DNA of 64,000 nt from Perkinsus olseni (GCA_013115125.1 JABANN010000018.1:62001-126000), one strand, 5' to 3'; positions 11,529 to 23,757 are shown, numbered from the stretch's first letter. Notes: generated by a model not told the origin, from the letters alone. A program made the numbers and translations.

Positions 11529-12775
11529 TCAGTGGGAAATTATCTCCCCGACATGCCCTGGCTGTCGTGATCCGAATGTAGCAAGCTCGTCAGCACGCTT
11601 GTTGTTGCACCGCAGCGTGTGAATCCAAGTGACGTTCATACGGTCCACCAGCTCGTTGATGACGTTGTCAGCCCTATTTTTCAACTGCTGAAGTTCGAAC
11701 TTGTTGACCTTCCATTGGGAGGGCCCCATTTGGTTTATAACGAGGCGGCTGTCGCCTTGTATGATCAAATTCGCGGGTTCTTCGATAAGCTCGTTCACTT
11801 TTTCTAGACCCATGCAGAGAGCTTCATACTCCGCTTCGTTATTAGTTCTCCCTGGCCCCAGCTTGAGCGACCAGGCTGCTATCTCATCGAACTGCCCATC
11901 GTCATCCTTCCTATAGAGCACAGCACCACTACCAGCGCTTGATTGTTCCCCCTGTGAACCGCCGTCGAATGTCAACATCAAGTTGGGTAAGTTTGTAGGG
12001 GAAGATGGAGCTCCGTTGTGCAAAGATTCAGGAATGTTGCAGATCGAAGTCTGGGAACCCAGTCCGTCTTGATGCCGTGCCCGCTTCTGCGCAGGCTCCA
12101 AAAACCGGGCGGCTGCGAGATAGTTGCCACGAAGACGGTTAGCCTGTGGGCCCTAAAACCGAGCAGATTCTTCAATAACCACCCATCCGAGATCGATCCC
12201 GCCCACCATGAAATTGAGAGAGTTGCACGTCCGATCAAGCTCCATGACTGCGTCAAAATTGAGGCTCTGACGAATCCAAAGAGTATCCTTATACACCTCG
12301 GTCCACTTCCAGTCCCCCTCGCCGATCTCCAGTAAAACCTCATCCACATCTGACGTGGACGATACTCCTTTAACAGGGGAAGCTTCCAAGAGATTGGGTT
12401 TCTCGTCCGCAGAGGAGGCGCTCACAACATTGCTTGTAGATGGGTTAGATACCGGCCCATTCTCAACTGTCTGTTGTATCGGGACTTTGCTAGAAAGCTT
12501 GTCAGCAATTGTTGCTCCGTCCTTGCCATCCGCGACAACTTTGCCCGATGTAGGATAGTAGCTTATACCTCCGTTGTGCTTCCTCAGGCGAACTTGAAGC
12601 TGCTTCCCACCGTTCTTTTCGACGAAGTCACCTGACCATGCGGATGGGAAGATTGTGACGCGAACTCCGGCGCTGGCTCACTTTCCTCTACATCCTCACC
12701 CAGTTTCCTCACCAACATATCGACGAGTTCTCGCAGAGTTGCGCATGTTCGCGACAAAGCCTTCGGCGGGGGCAT
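11529..12775 (-). CDS. Ribonuclease HI (bacterial/archaeal RNase_HI_like type) with N-terminal extension
   Basis: Exons 12775-12682, 12631-12207 and 12152-11529 splice in frame to 380 aa. Catalytic motifs LTFDGGS, TNNEAEYEAL, IQGDSRLVINQM, HTLRCNNKRADELA. Confidence 0.88.
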
Positions 12776-12965
12776 CGAAAGGGCAAAGTCCGCACAAGGC
12801 TACGCAATAAGTTCATGCAGTGCGGTGGCCAGTCGATCGGATTCAGTGTCAGACGACCGAGTTTGTCGAGCGCAAATCACCGGTGACACTCCCAACTCGA
12901 CGACTCGAAGCAAATTGGAAAAAATCCAAAATAAACAGGCATAACACGCTCAGACCTCCGAGATC

Positions 12966-14444
12966 TTAGTTCGCTTTGGTCTTCTTGGCAGCGCGAGCTT
13001 CCATCTTCTTCTCGTGCTTCAAACTCTTGGAAGTGTGAGACTTCTTTTTGGAGGGCTGAAAAAAGGTAAGGTGCTGAGGCGAAAGCAGCTCGGCGATCTT
13101 AATCGGTCTATCGCAACCCCCTCTAGACGACCACGAAATACTCATTCTCATGCTTACTCCTTCCTCCTGTTGTATGAGCCTCTTCGTAGCGTACGCCGCG
13201 ACGCCGAAAAAAGCTGCAAACACGCCCAGCATGTACACGGCCTTCTGGAGGCTAGTCATCGAGTCGCCAGGAAGACCGACGGCAGCACCACTACTCGCTT
13301 CGCTCTAACATTAAAAGAAGGATAAAGGTCAAGAGCGGCTCAAATCAATCGTATACTATGCCGTGGTTGGCAACAAGTTGTACCTTCAAAATTTCTTCCA
13401 AGAGCTCAAACTGCTGAGGAGACATCTGACCGCTTGGTCCGCTGGAGGGATCGGTGTTAAGCATGGCCGTTATCTTCGCGTCATCCTCCAAAAATTTCGC
13501 AGGGGAAGACTGATAATCACCTGTCAGAGGAATGCTGGGGACCTAGTGTATGACGATAGCGACGCTGCGATGAAGCGAAAGACGCTGACGAAGCCTCACT
13601 CATCAATTCCGGGGTGATGTAAAAGTAGCAGTTTCGAATCATCCCCATTTGCAAGAACTGGATGGCTTGCTCGGTCTGAACCTGACCAAGGAGGAGATTA
13701 ACAAGATCAGCGAGAAGAACTCAGAGAGGGCCAGCGTCGCCGGTGCCAATGGACTGAACCGGCAAAATTCTTACTCCGTGCTGATTCATGATTTCATCGA
13801 TAGTATCCTTCAAGTCTCCCTCATGACGATTGAAGTGGATTCTTGCGACAGACAAGCAAGCCGACATCCTGTCCTTTTTCTGGGTAGGGGTCAAGTCCTC
13901 GTCAACCTGATCATCAAAGAGTCAACGCATACCCCAAGTAGTTCTCGCCTCTTCCAAAACAAGCCCTCACTAACAAAATCGTCACCCTGCACTGAGAGAC
14001 ATACACTGACACTTAGTGAAGTTCACTCAGCTAAATGTCTGACACTAACCCAGAAAGTACCGCATTGGCCTCTTCTTCCTCGCGTTTGGCCTTCTCAATG
14101 GGAGACTCTCCAAGAACATCATCATCCTCCTCATCGTCCTCGTCTTCTGTCTCGTCATCCTACAGGAACGCAATATCTCACAGAGCCGGGAGGGATTGGC
14201 AGCTCACTAGCTCATCGGGAGAATCGGCGAACAGCTCGTCATCATCATCAGGATCGTCCTCCTCTTGTACCTCAACCTGCAAGAAACGAAGCGGTGACTT
14301 TCGGAAGCCCTCATTGAAGAATCCGAGAACATGCGAGCATGAGCTGCCTAGTACCTCAGTTTCCGCTAGTGCGACAGTCGGAGTCTCCGAGAAGAGAACT
14401 GCGAGGGCGAGGATGGAAAGTAGGATTGACCAGTGAACACGCAT
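12966..14444 (-). CDS. Type I membrane protein: signal peptide, acidic region, single TM, basic tail
   Basis: MRVHWSILLSILALAVLF signal; D/E-rich exons; helical core (QKKDRMSACLSVAR…MGMIRNCYFYI); TM AVYMLGVFAAFFGVAAYA; ends KKTKAN*. Confidence 0.7.
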
Positions 14445-15057
14445 ATTTGATAATGCAACAATGCACTGCTTGGGACTCAGTCTAACGTTCACGAGCTAGG
14501 CCAGCTAACACCATACACTGGAGTAGGAGGTTTTCTCTAGCTTCCCGCAGCTGAACGATGGAACGCTCCTGTGGAACAAAAATTGTCGGTGGATGAGGGT
14601 CGAAAGGACGGGAAATCAGTTTTCGGGACCCAGGGCACGGCATTAGCCACGCAATTCTCGATAACTCTAGGCAGCTTCTACACACAAATCTTTAAGGCTT
14701 CCTCGAGCATTTAAACGGCTCGCTCCACACGGCTAGAATGCCCGTATGGAAGCAGAGCACGGCTTCTGCTTCCACAGGCTTCTAGCAGCGTCACGCGCCA
14801 CGAAATTGACGCGCGTGCCGCAACCGTAACGAGCATCGCCGAGACTTGGATGATCGTCCGGTGATCCGACTCCCTCCGAGATTCGCGTAGTCAATCTGAA
14901 CAATCGATCCCGTCAAGGTTCTATGTGTGGTAGCTCCGGAGTCACCCGTAACCCGTGTCCTACATTCTCTCGTGTTATTCTACTAGTCTCGATCTAGCCA
15001 GAGGAGTAAACTTATTCCACTAGCCAGAGGATCGCATTCCAGTTACAACTTTTCTGA

Positions 15058-16373
15058 ATGCTGACATCGATAACCGGCATTGCTGGTTGTATTCTCACGA
15101 CCGCTCAGCTGCCTCTCGGAGTCCTCCGCCGCAAGCTCCGCCGCGATCACCGCAAGTATCTTATGACGGCAACAGCAGCAGTTGTCGTGGAGTTTTGGGT
15201 AAGTTTTGGGAAGAGTGGCCTTTCACAAGTCTGTGGTGGCGTACACCTCTGTCGGGTTAACGATCATGTTCTACCATAGGTTACTAAGAAGCACGGCGTT
15301 TTAGCCGGCCTGGTCGCCGGAGCTCTCCACTTCGTTGGCAGTCGTTTGGTCATTCCCGGAATTACCGGCGGCATTGGCTCGGGGAAGTCTACGGCGGTGG
15401 CGTGTTTGGAGGCGAAGTACAATGTCCAGTAAGGAGGCATGTCGGTCGGAGTCTCCGACTCGGAGACGGTCAGTTCTGACGTTCCTTCACCTTAGGGTGC
15501 TTGATGCGGACAAGGTCGCTCGGGAGATCATGGAACCTGGTCGCCCTGCTTTTAAGGAAGTAGTCAGCTCCTTCGGAGACGGCATAGTCACTTCCCAGGG
15601 CCAGATTAACAGGCAAAAACTAGGCGAGCTTGTAAGCAGGGTGAATTGGTGGGGATTGCGGTGTCGCCGGAGCGGCGGTCGTTTCTGCGCTGTGATGGTG
15701 ATGCTGGACCGAAAACTACTTCTGGGGTCTCACCTGTCGCTTGTTCACATCTGTAGTTAGTAGGTATTCGCAGATGCGAAGGCCCGAGCCTTGCTGAACA
15801 GAATAACTCACAAGCATATCATTATAACTATGCTTCGGCGTCTCTTCTCCTACCGTGTGCTGCCCCCTTACAACAAGCCGCCGCTAGTGATGGACGTGCC
15901 TCTCCTACTCGAGACACCCGGCCTGAGATGGCTCTGCGATCCAGTGGTCGTCGTCTACGTCGACCCTCAAACCCAGCTCGATCGTCTTGTCAAGCGCTGC
16001 CCGACTGAGAGCGTTACGAATTTGACCAACAGGATCAAGTCGCAGATGCGTCTCGACGACAAGGTAGCCCTTGCTGACAGGGTCCTGGACAATCGCGGTG
16101 ACCTGAAGAACTTGGAAAAACAAGTGGATGATTTATATGAAAAGGAAATCAAGAATATGTGATTGTACCATTGCTGTGCTCGAGTGTGTGTCGGTATCAT
16201 CTCCCGGATTTGTATTGCAACTAGGAGCCTTCGCTCAGCAATATTTACCAGTGGTATTTCTCCTAGTTTCGTGGTCAATGTAATGAGGTTGGGTAATGTG
16301 GCGACGCTTCCCTCTTCCAGTGCTAATGAGGGCGTAAGGAATCTCCTGTGCAGTTAGGTTGCAAGCCAATTAA
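15058..16373 (+). CDS. coaE: Dephospho-CoA kinase with hydrophobic N-terminal extension
   Basis: P-loop GITGGIGSGKST; VLDADKVAREIMEPG; INRQKLGELVF…LNRITH; MDVPLLLE; RIKSQM…ADRVLDNRG. The gene ends at 16162, or at 16373 if further spliced. Confidence 0.93.
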
Positions 16374-16385
16374 TTTACCTCTAGC

Positions 16386-16700
16386 ATGGCGACAAGTTCT
16401 GCATACGACGTGAAGAAGGCCCCTTTCTGTGCATCATCGATGAACCAACCTACGGAGAGCTTCAGCGAAGTGGCGCGGACTGTGGCGTCGTTGCCAGCGA
16501 TCTTCCGCTTCCATCACAAGCCTTACGACTCCGTTTTCGACGAAACTTTCACGCCCAAAAACTTCGAGCTAGAGCCCCCGAGCCGACCTGCTGGCTGGAG
16601 CATGGAGGAGTGGCAAATAGCGAAGGAGACTGTCGCATTGGGCATAACTTCAACCATCATCAGAGTGGTGGACAACCCTGCAAGTTCGACCACTGAGTGA
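16386..16700 (+). CDS. Small hypothetical protein
   Basis: ATG-started 104-aa ORF directly downstream of the kinase; no recognised domain. Confidence 0.35.
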   Translation: MATSSAYDVKKAPFCASSMNQPTESFSEVARTVASLPAIFRFHHKPYDSVFDETFTPKNFELEPPSRPAGWSMEEWQIAKETVALGITSTIIRVVDNPASSTTE

Positions 16701-17124
16701 TGCAGGTAGTCGAGTGTCATCGCCACTGCCGTCGTCATCATGTCTATGAATTCCCTCTAGTAGTGTTGGATCGTCCGGGTCCTTTAAGAGACTAGAGTAT
16801 TTGCACTATTCTAATACTTATCATCGTGCGTCCAAACTGATGCTCGATGAACCTCTATATTTCGTTCTCCCTCGCGGAGAGGCCGGCGCAAGCGATATTT
16901 TTGCTTACCTATCATCGCACGGCACTCGGACCTCCTCCCGTCGGGCAGAATTTTTATGTTGTCTTTTATTGATATCCTCGGATCAGCATGTATCTATCTG
17001 CAAACGACTGGAATGCATGTTAGCCTTGGATGTACCATGTTCTCTTAAGTTGAATCAATAGGCCTCGTTCCTAGGATTTGGCGCCTCTTCATCTCCCAGA
17101 ACTACTGTTAAATTTTCTGTCCAT

Positions 17125-18350
17125 ATGGATTTGAGAGGACGAAAGGCGGTCGCGTTAATGCTCGGCAAGGCCACGCTGGACATTGGCCTGCTTCTCCTAT
17201 GCATACACTTGGAGACTGCCGAGCAAGTGCCCAAGTCCGGACAGTTCTTCTCGGTGAAGATGAGTATCTCGGCCTCTCAGGTGGCTGCGATTCACCTTCT
17301 ATATCGTATTCGGATTTATCTCTGGCTTCGGCAACCTGCTAGTCTATAACATGACAAGATTAGCAGCGGCAACCTCGAATTCAGAATGGGTCAGGAACCT
17401 TCGCTCCGGCATGATATTCCTGCCTATCGTGGTAAGGATATCCAACGATATCGCTCGCCATGGAGCTTCCTGAGCTTTCCGGCAGGGCCGCTCTAGAATC
17501 GGTGGAGTACGAGGCGCCGGAGCCGCTCACATAACTATATAGGAAGGCTTCGTATAGCCGGCCTCGAGTGCTTGCTAGAATTGGGCATGGACCAGAAGCC
17601 TGATAAACCGCCCTCACCGACTTCAAATGCGCTTGTTCGTTTTCCAGCCGATGATGACCTTGCTGAGCATCTCGCGGCACGAGGGACGCTCTCGAGAGGG
17701 CGTTGACGTCTACATTCCCGCAACAACTGGGTCGGCCCTCCTTTTCGTCGTCATGGCCACGGCCTACTATGTGATACTCTAAGCTGATCGCAAAGATATT
17801 TAGCACGCACTGTGTAGATTCTGTGGTACTTGAGGCATCGGCATGAGATAGATCTCATCGACGTGGACGAGTTGGGGATGTTCGCTGATTTGTTGAGAAG
17901 GCGCCGCCAAGAACCCCGACGAAAGACGTCTGAGGAGCTAGACAGGATTCTCGACGCTAACACACTCGCGTGGCCCCGCGAGGACTCCGGAACGCCTCTT
18001 CCTGTGATCATGGGTCATCAGCGCATGATGTCCTCGTGCCCCATATGCTTGGAGTCCTTCATTGAGCTCCGAGAAGCGGGTGATGAAACTTGCGGAGAGA
18101 TTAGCCTTATCAAGTTGTGCAAGCATCTGGTACATCGCAAGTGCCTCAAGGTGAGGTATGAGTACCAGTTATTGTTGTTACACTTTTCACTTTCGTTCCC
18201 GTTGCTTGACTCCTTCCTGGTCAGGATTGGTTCAAAGCGAGAAATTCAATACAGTGCCCTGTCTGTAAGCAGGACCTAACCGAACCAGTGACGGACATCG
18301 TGTTGAACGAGGATAGCGTCATGCCTGCAGAAGCTTCCGAACGGACATGA
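17125..18350 (+). CDS. RING-H2 zinc-finger protein, putative E3 ligase
   Basis: CPICLESF…LCKHLVHRKCLK|DWFKARNSIQCPVCKQ (C3H2C3) across an intron; stop TGA at 18348-18350; hydrophobic N-terminus. 5' structure uncertain. Confidence 0.8.
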
Positions 18351-18673
18351 GGCTGGGCGTCGCTCTGTGTAGGTTGGCCCCTTGCATGTAGTCTCGGTTG
18401 TAATATCTCGGATGTTGACCGATAATGACTTCTTGTGTTCATCGAGTTGGTCGTAGGAGGTGCGTGTGAGTTTTAGTCCAACGCCGGCCCCGGCTTAGTC
18501 GGCATGAGTGATTCGCCCTACATCACGAAAACATGGTCCATTCTCTCCTGTGTCACACCAGTGCACACAGCAACAGTCCCCAGCACTTGGAACTCAAGTT
18601 GCATCCTCGGGAGACTTCGGCATAACATGCAGTTCGCAGGAGACTGGCTACTGGTCCAGTAGTGCTGGAAAAC

Positions 18674-20518
18674 TCATCCACATATGGTGGCATGGCAATC
18701 AGGGTCGATGACTCCTACGGGAGTACACTCTTCAAACCCACCCTTCAGGATGACGGAATCGCACACTTCCCTCCAGGTGACATCTTCGAAGGCCCTCAGG
18801 TCGAATCCGTCGTACCGGGCAAGATATGCCTGCATGATCTGGTACTTCTTCGACATACCCGCGAAGTGGACGACGAAGCCCGTGGTGTTGATGTCAGCCC
18901 TAGGGGTCTTGAAGTTGATATCGACAACACGAGGATCCACGAACTTGATAGACCTCGTCGCGCGGGCCCCGAAGGGTCCAGCGATGCGTGCCAACTCGGT
19001 GAGAACGCAATACGTGAGATCAGCCACACTGTGAAGTAAACTCCTGAAGGGCAGCACTTCCGATAGACAGCTGCTGCTGTACTGGTATAAGGTGTTGTTC
19101 CCAACCACACCCTCCTCGGAGAGCCTCCCAGACATCTCGTCAGTAGCGTACTGGAGGACTGTCAACGCCAGCGCATCCTGGTCCACGAAAGGCAAACCGT
19201 AGATGCTGGCGTAGCCCAGCAGGATGTCCAGGAAATGCCGTCCATTGAAACTTTTACGAATGATCGCTAGTCCTCCATTGAGCTCAGTCCTATCGGGCAC
19301 ATCCCTCAGTACGACATCAGCACCGTCTGCGAGGAACTGATGGAGTGGTATGTCGTAGCAAGAGAAGCTGACCACCATGTCCGCTGCATCGGCCACGATG
19401 ATAGCATCGTAGTGATACAGCCATCGACTGGCCGCCCGCCATTTGATCCAACCGACTGACGACGGTTGAGCTACACTAACTTCTCGTGGCTCGCCGGTTT
19501 TCCCAATCACAAACCTGAGGGGCCACACTGCCCTCGGATACCGGACAGTGTGCAAGGGGTCATAGCCGTCGTACTCCTCATCGTCAACAACGACTTCGTA
19601 GCCATGGCGGGCAGCATAGCATCTCCACATGCCCACTGCCGACCGCGTAAGAGGCGAGTCCCTAGTGTTATAAGCAACAGAGAGGATCAGCCCAACGCGG
19701 TGACCCTGTGGGGCGGATCTCTCCGGTATCCCCGGTGAAGGATGCCTCGTCCGTCGAGCCATACGCTGCTCTGCCACAGCACACCTCCTGGCACGCTCTT
19801 CCCGCCACCAGTAGAAGGAGGGGGCCATCAGAGCAGATCTTGGGACCTCCTGACGCAGCTGTGCTACCCTGTCCAACATCATAGCGAGAGTTGACGCCTG
19901 ACTGAAGTAGAGGAGTTGCAGGGCGTACGTGCATTTGGAGCGGGAGAGATGGCCTCGGTGCTCGTCCCGTCGCCATACTGCGTATTGCCAAATCCGAAGG
20001 TACATTGTTGTACAGAAGTCGAGGAGTGCCATCGCTACATGATCACCGCCCTCGCCAACCTCATCACATACAGTAGCTGTCGGTACACTGTTGGAGTGGT
20101 CTTCGTGATGAAACCACTTATACGCCATTATATCGCATTGCCGATCGTAGCGCCCCTCCCGCAGCGGTGAGCACACCAAGGGGAAGAGCTCAACGAGCCT
20201 CGGGTGGAATGGCGGGGCGGTCAGAAATTGGACCAAGTCGAAATCAACGACTCCCGCCTCTCTTATATCTTCAGCCAAGCTCACAAATCCGTCCTTCGTG
20301 CCACTTGAACAGCATATCCGGAAAGAGGACCCTCGGCTGGATACGCAATCTTCGGGTCCATCGGGTTCATAGCGAGGATCACAGCAATACGCTCGGAACT
20401 CCACATCATACCACTCGATGCTACACTCAGTATCTTTCACTTCCCCAACGCATGACACGAACAAGAACGAAGTAGAGAAGCATACGAGAAGCACCCCACT
20501 ACGACATGCAACCATCAA
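18674..20518 (-). CDS. Intronless glycosyltransferase, GT34 (MNN10/GMA12)-like, with signal peptide and Cys-rich module
   Basis: 614-aa ORF with YAARHGY, GWIKW…YDAIIVADAAD, LNGGLAIIRKS, FVDQDAL and FVVHFAG, matching the motif order of GT34-like enzymes. Confidence 0.75.
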   Translation of the reverse strand: MMVACRSGVLLVCFSTSFLFVSCVGEVKDTECSIEWYDVEFRAYCCDPRYEPDGPEDCVSSRGSSFRICCSSGTKDGFVSLAEDIREAGVVDFDLVQFLTAPPFHPRLVELFPLVCSPLREGRYDRQCDIMAYKWFHHEDHSNSVPTATVCDEVGEGGDHVAMALLDFCTTMYLRIWQYAVWRRDEHRGHLSRSKCTYALQLLYFSQASTLAMMLDRVAQLRQEVPRSALMAPSFYWWREERARRCAVAEQRMARRTRHPSPGIPERSAPQGHRVGLILSVAYNTRDSPLTRSAVGMWRCYAARHGYEVVVDDEEYDGYDPLHTVRYPRAVWPLRFVIGKTGEPREVSVAQPSSVGWIKWRAASRWLYHYDAIIVADAADMVVSFSCYDIPLHQFLADGADVVLRDVPDRTELNGGLAIIRKSFNGRHFLDILLGYASIYGLPFVDQDALALTVLQYATDEMSGRLSEEGVVGNNTLYQYSSSCLSEVLPFRSLLHSVADLTYCVLTELARIAGPFGARATRSIKFVDPRVVDINFKTPRADINTTGFVVHFAGMSKKYQIMQAYLARYDGFDLRAFEDVTWREVCDSVILKGGFEECTPVGVIDPDCHATICG

Positions 20519-20668
20519 ACTGATTCAAGCCCTTCTCCTCCGACTCAGGACCACTAACAACACAACCCTGCCGAGTCAATTCTTTTCAGCCAGTATTCCT
20601 AGCACCGTTGCAAGAGCCTCAGAGTGCGCCAAAAGAAACTAGAGCTGTCGCGATGATGACTACAACGC

Positions 20669-21752
20669 TTACAGCTGGATCTTGGCCTCCTCGGACTCGG
20701 GAATGATGTTACGGTCAACAGCGGTACCCTCCTCGGCGGACTCGGTGTGAAGCTCCATCAAGCGGGTGAGGTCGAACTTCGGCTTCTTGAGGATCTTGAC
20801 CTTGCGGATATAGCAGTCCTTGAGGGGATAGATCGAACGAGTCTGCTTCTCGATCTCGGCACCAATCGACTCGGTGACGAAACGCTTGACGAGGTCGCTC
20901 ATGCGGCACTTGGAAGCCTCAGCAGCCATGATATCGACCATCCTGAAAAGAAGGAAATACAACACGCAAAACGAATGGGGCTAAGTCACAATGACGAGAC
21001 TCGCTAACCCCCATTACTTCTTGCGGATCCTGCGGATCTGAGCACCGCTGGCGTAGCAGTTAGCCTTAACAGACTCCGGGCGCTTCTTAGTGAAGCCAAT
21101 GGAGAAGAGGCGGAGGATGTAACCATCAGTGGTTTTGACATCAACGTGGGCCTCGATCAAAGTCTGCCACTTGCGGATAAGAGAGCAGAGCTTGTCACGG
21201 GTGAAGTCCATGCCGTGGAAGTCGGTAAGGGCGTTGCGGCCCTGGACCTCCTGGACCTCCAACTTGATCTTACGGAAAGAGTGATCTTCGTTGGAGTTCA
21301 AGTCGGCAAGGTTGACCTCGCAGATGCGGCCCTTGAGAGCCTCAGAGGCAATCTAAAAGCAACCACAGAATGGAAAAGTCACCACACCGACAGGAACTCT
21401 GTCAACACAAATAGTTCAGCCGAATTGAGTTGATCGGGCGAGATGTATTACCTTGGTACCGGTGGTCTTGGTGACCAAAGTCTTGCCGGCCTCGCGGACG
21501 GAGAACATAGTGGGGGCCTTAACCGAGTACCACTCCTTCTTGAGGAAGGGATCTCCCCTGCAAGAACGACAAATCAACAGGAGGACTATTGACTACGAAA
21601 ACGACACGACGAGAGCAGCAGCTAAATTCGCCCACACAACGCTGATATAGGACGACCGCCAAGTGACCGACTACTACGACCCAGTATTATTACACCTTCT
21701 TCTTGCCTCCCTTCTTTCCCTTGGTGAGTCTCTTGTTCTTGCCAACGGCCAT
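20669..21752 (-). CDS. RPS3A: 40S ribosomal protein S3a (eS1)
   Basis: [80 protein letters not shown]; 3 introns. Confidence 0.98.
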
Positions 21753-22328
21753 GGTGCTGGTGTACGGGGTGGCTGCACGAGGTCGGCGCGAACTCTCGAT
21801 CGATCACTTGATCGATTTGCGCAGAGCGCGGGCGGAGCGACGGCGCATTTTCTCGACCGTTGCTGGGTGGGCCCGGGCTAGTTCGATTCGCTAACCCTTC
21901 ATAATGATGCTAGATCACAGCTATGTTAACTCATACCATGACTCAGAGGGACCCTCCAGAACGTCCGATGTAGCAGCGAGGCGCCGTGCCCGTCTTGAGT
22001 GTCGCCTGATCATTGTTCGAGTGTCGTTTCAGCGAACACATAGCCACTTCAATAGGAGATTGCCGATGACTCTAGAGAGCCTCGGTGGCTACCATTCGAC
22101 CGTGGACGCATGTCTCAGTGTGTCCGTGGTAGACCTCGCGGGGGCCCTACGTACATGAGATGTCGTTTGACCTCGACTGTTGTCTCTGCAGGACACCCCT
22201 CCGTAACTATCGTGTAACTCAAGTGCAATGGTGGTATGAGAGAATATACTAATAGAACCCGCAAATCCTCTTCTGTCGTCTTGCATCACTCAACTGCCAT
22301 CAACTCATCTGCGGTCGTCTCCACATAC

Positions 22329-23515
22329 TTATCGTCTGTCTCTGTCATCTCTGCTGTTCTCTCGACCTCCACCTCCGCGACCGTAACGCTCGGATGGCGA
22401 GTGACGCCGGTAGTCTTGACGGGAGTCGGAGCGTCTTCTGTGGTAGTCCGACGAACGCCTAGGGTGTTAACAACAGTAATTTACCTAGTGGTGAAACACT
22501 GCATCTAATAACGGCTCATTGTGTACCTGTGACCCCTGTACCTGTGCCGATTGGCGGCCCTCTCACAGCTAGATCTACCTACCCTACCTAACGCCCCCTA
22601 CCCGATGCCAAGCCAGCGCTTATCACCTGTCATCTCTTCTACGGTCACTGCGGTCCCTGGAATAAGAACGGCTTCTGCTCCTGCGGTCGCGTGAGGAACG
22701 ACGATGTCGGCGACAGCGATCACCATCGCGGCTGTCGTAGCTGCGACTTCTCCTATCACCCGAGTAGGATCGAGAGCGGGAACGTGATGAGGATGATGAG
22801 GAGCTGTATCCGTATCTTGCAGAGAGCAGCCCAATACCATGCATAGGGAGGGGAAGTACCGTCGTGAACTCACTTGGCTCTTCGACGTTCTCTACTTCTA
22901 CTGCGGCTCGACAGAGCGCCGTAACTCCTCCGCTTCCCGCTCCTGAGCAAACAAAGACCATGGCTCGACCAGAACCGATACAGAAGATCGTGCGCGAAAA
23001 TCCTATGGGGTGCAAACTTACCTATTATATCCTCCACGTTCCCTAGCAGCGTATGCTGAACTTGCACTGGCCCGTCCGCGGGATCGGTATTCGGCCTTCA
23101 ACGGTATTCCATTCAGCACAACCTAACCAACAACCTCCTGTTTAGTCGATTACTCGAGACCTCAGATCCCAGCCCTCGAGACTCAAAACGTCGATAACGG
23201 AAGAGCCCCCGCTGTTACCTCGCCGCTGTCACAGGCAGCCAGTGCGGCCTTAGCACTATCCGAACGTTCGTAGCGGATGTACGCAGCCATCTCATTACGC
23301 TTGTCCACCGGAGGTAACCAACACACTGTGATCTGAGATGGAGCACTGAGGCAATCCCGCTGACCGAGGACAGCACTTACGTCGCCGTATTTCTGGAAAA
23401 CCTGCTTGAGTCCTATCCTATTGGCCGCGGGCGTCAGGCCAGCAACGATGTCAATAGCATTCTGCTGAGCATCACGTGGAGCTTCCCGGCCGAGGCCTGG
23501 ACGATAGACGGCCAT
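22329..23515 (-). CDS. RRM + RS-rich protein, SR-like splicing factor
   Basis: Divergent RRM (IVAGLT…LKQVFQKYGD|I…AYIRYERSDSAKAAL…VVLNGIPLKAEY) followed by long RS/RD repeats. Confidence 0.8.
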
Positions 23516-23757
23516 GGTGAGACAAAAGCGGGGGGCGGCGGCGGCAGGAACTATCAACAGGGAGCTGTGCAACTCATCCAACGCGAAGTGAAAGCAACAA
23601 CCACTCCCCCAGATGCCCTCTGATCGAGGCTCCTCACGCAAGGCCAGCAGGTCGAAGAGACTGAGACACAACATGCGCAGCAACCAGCACGGATTTCCAA
23701 ATCACTTCCACCGGACCCCGGATATCAGCTATAGCTCCGAGGTGGTCCACAAGGGCG

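Noticed and set aside
11529..12152. RNase H as part of a retrotransposon
   Set aside because: No adjacent reverse transcriptase, integrase, gag or LTR, and the gene has spliceosomal introns. The nearby aspartyl protease is a bilobed pepsin, not a retropepsin.
13649..14436. Long plus-strand ORFs (222 and 133 aa)
   Set aside because: Antisense shadows of the acidic minus-strand membrane protein gene.
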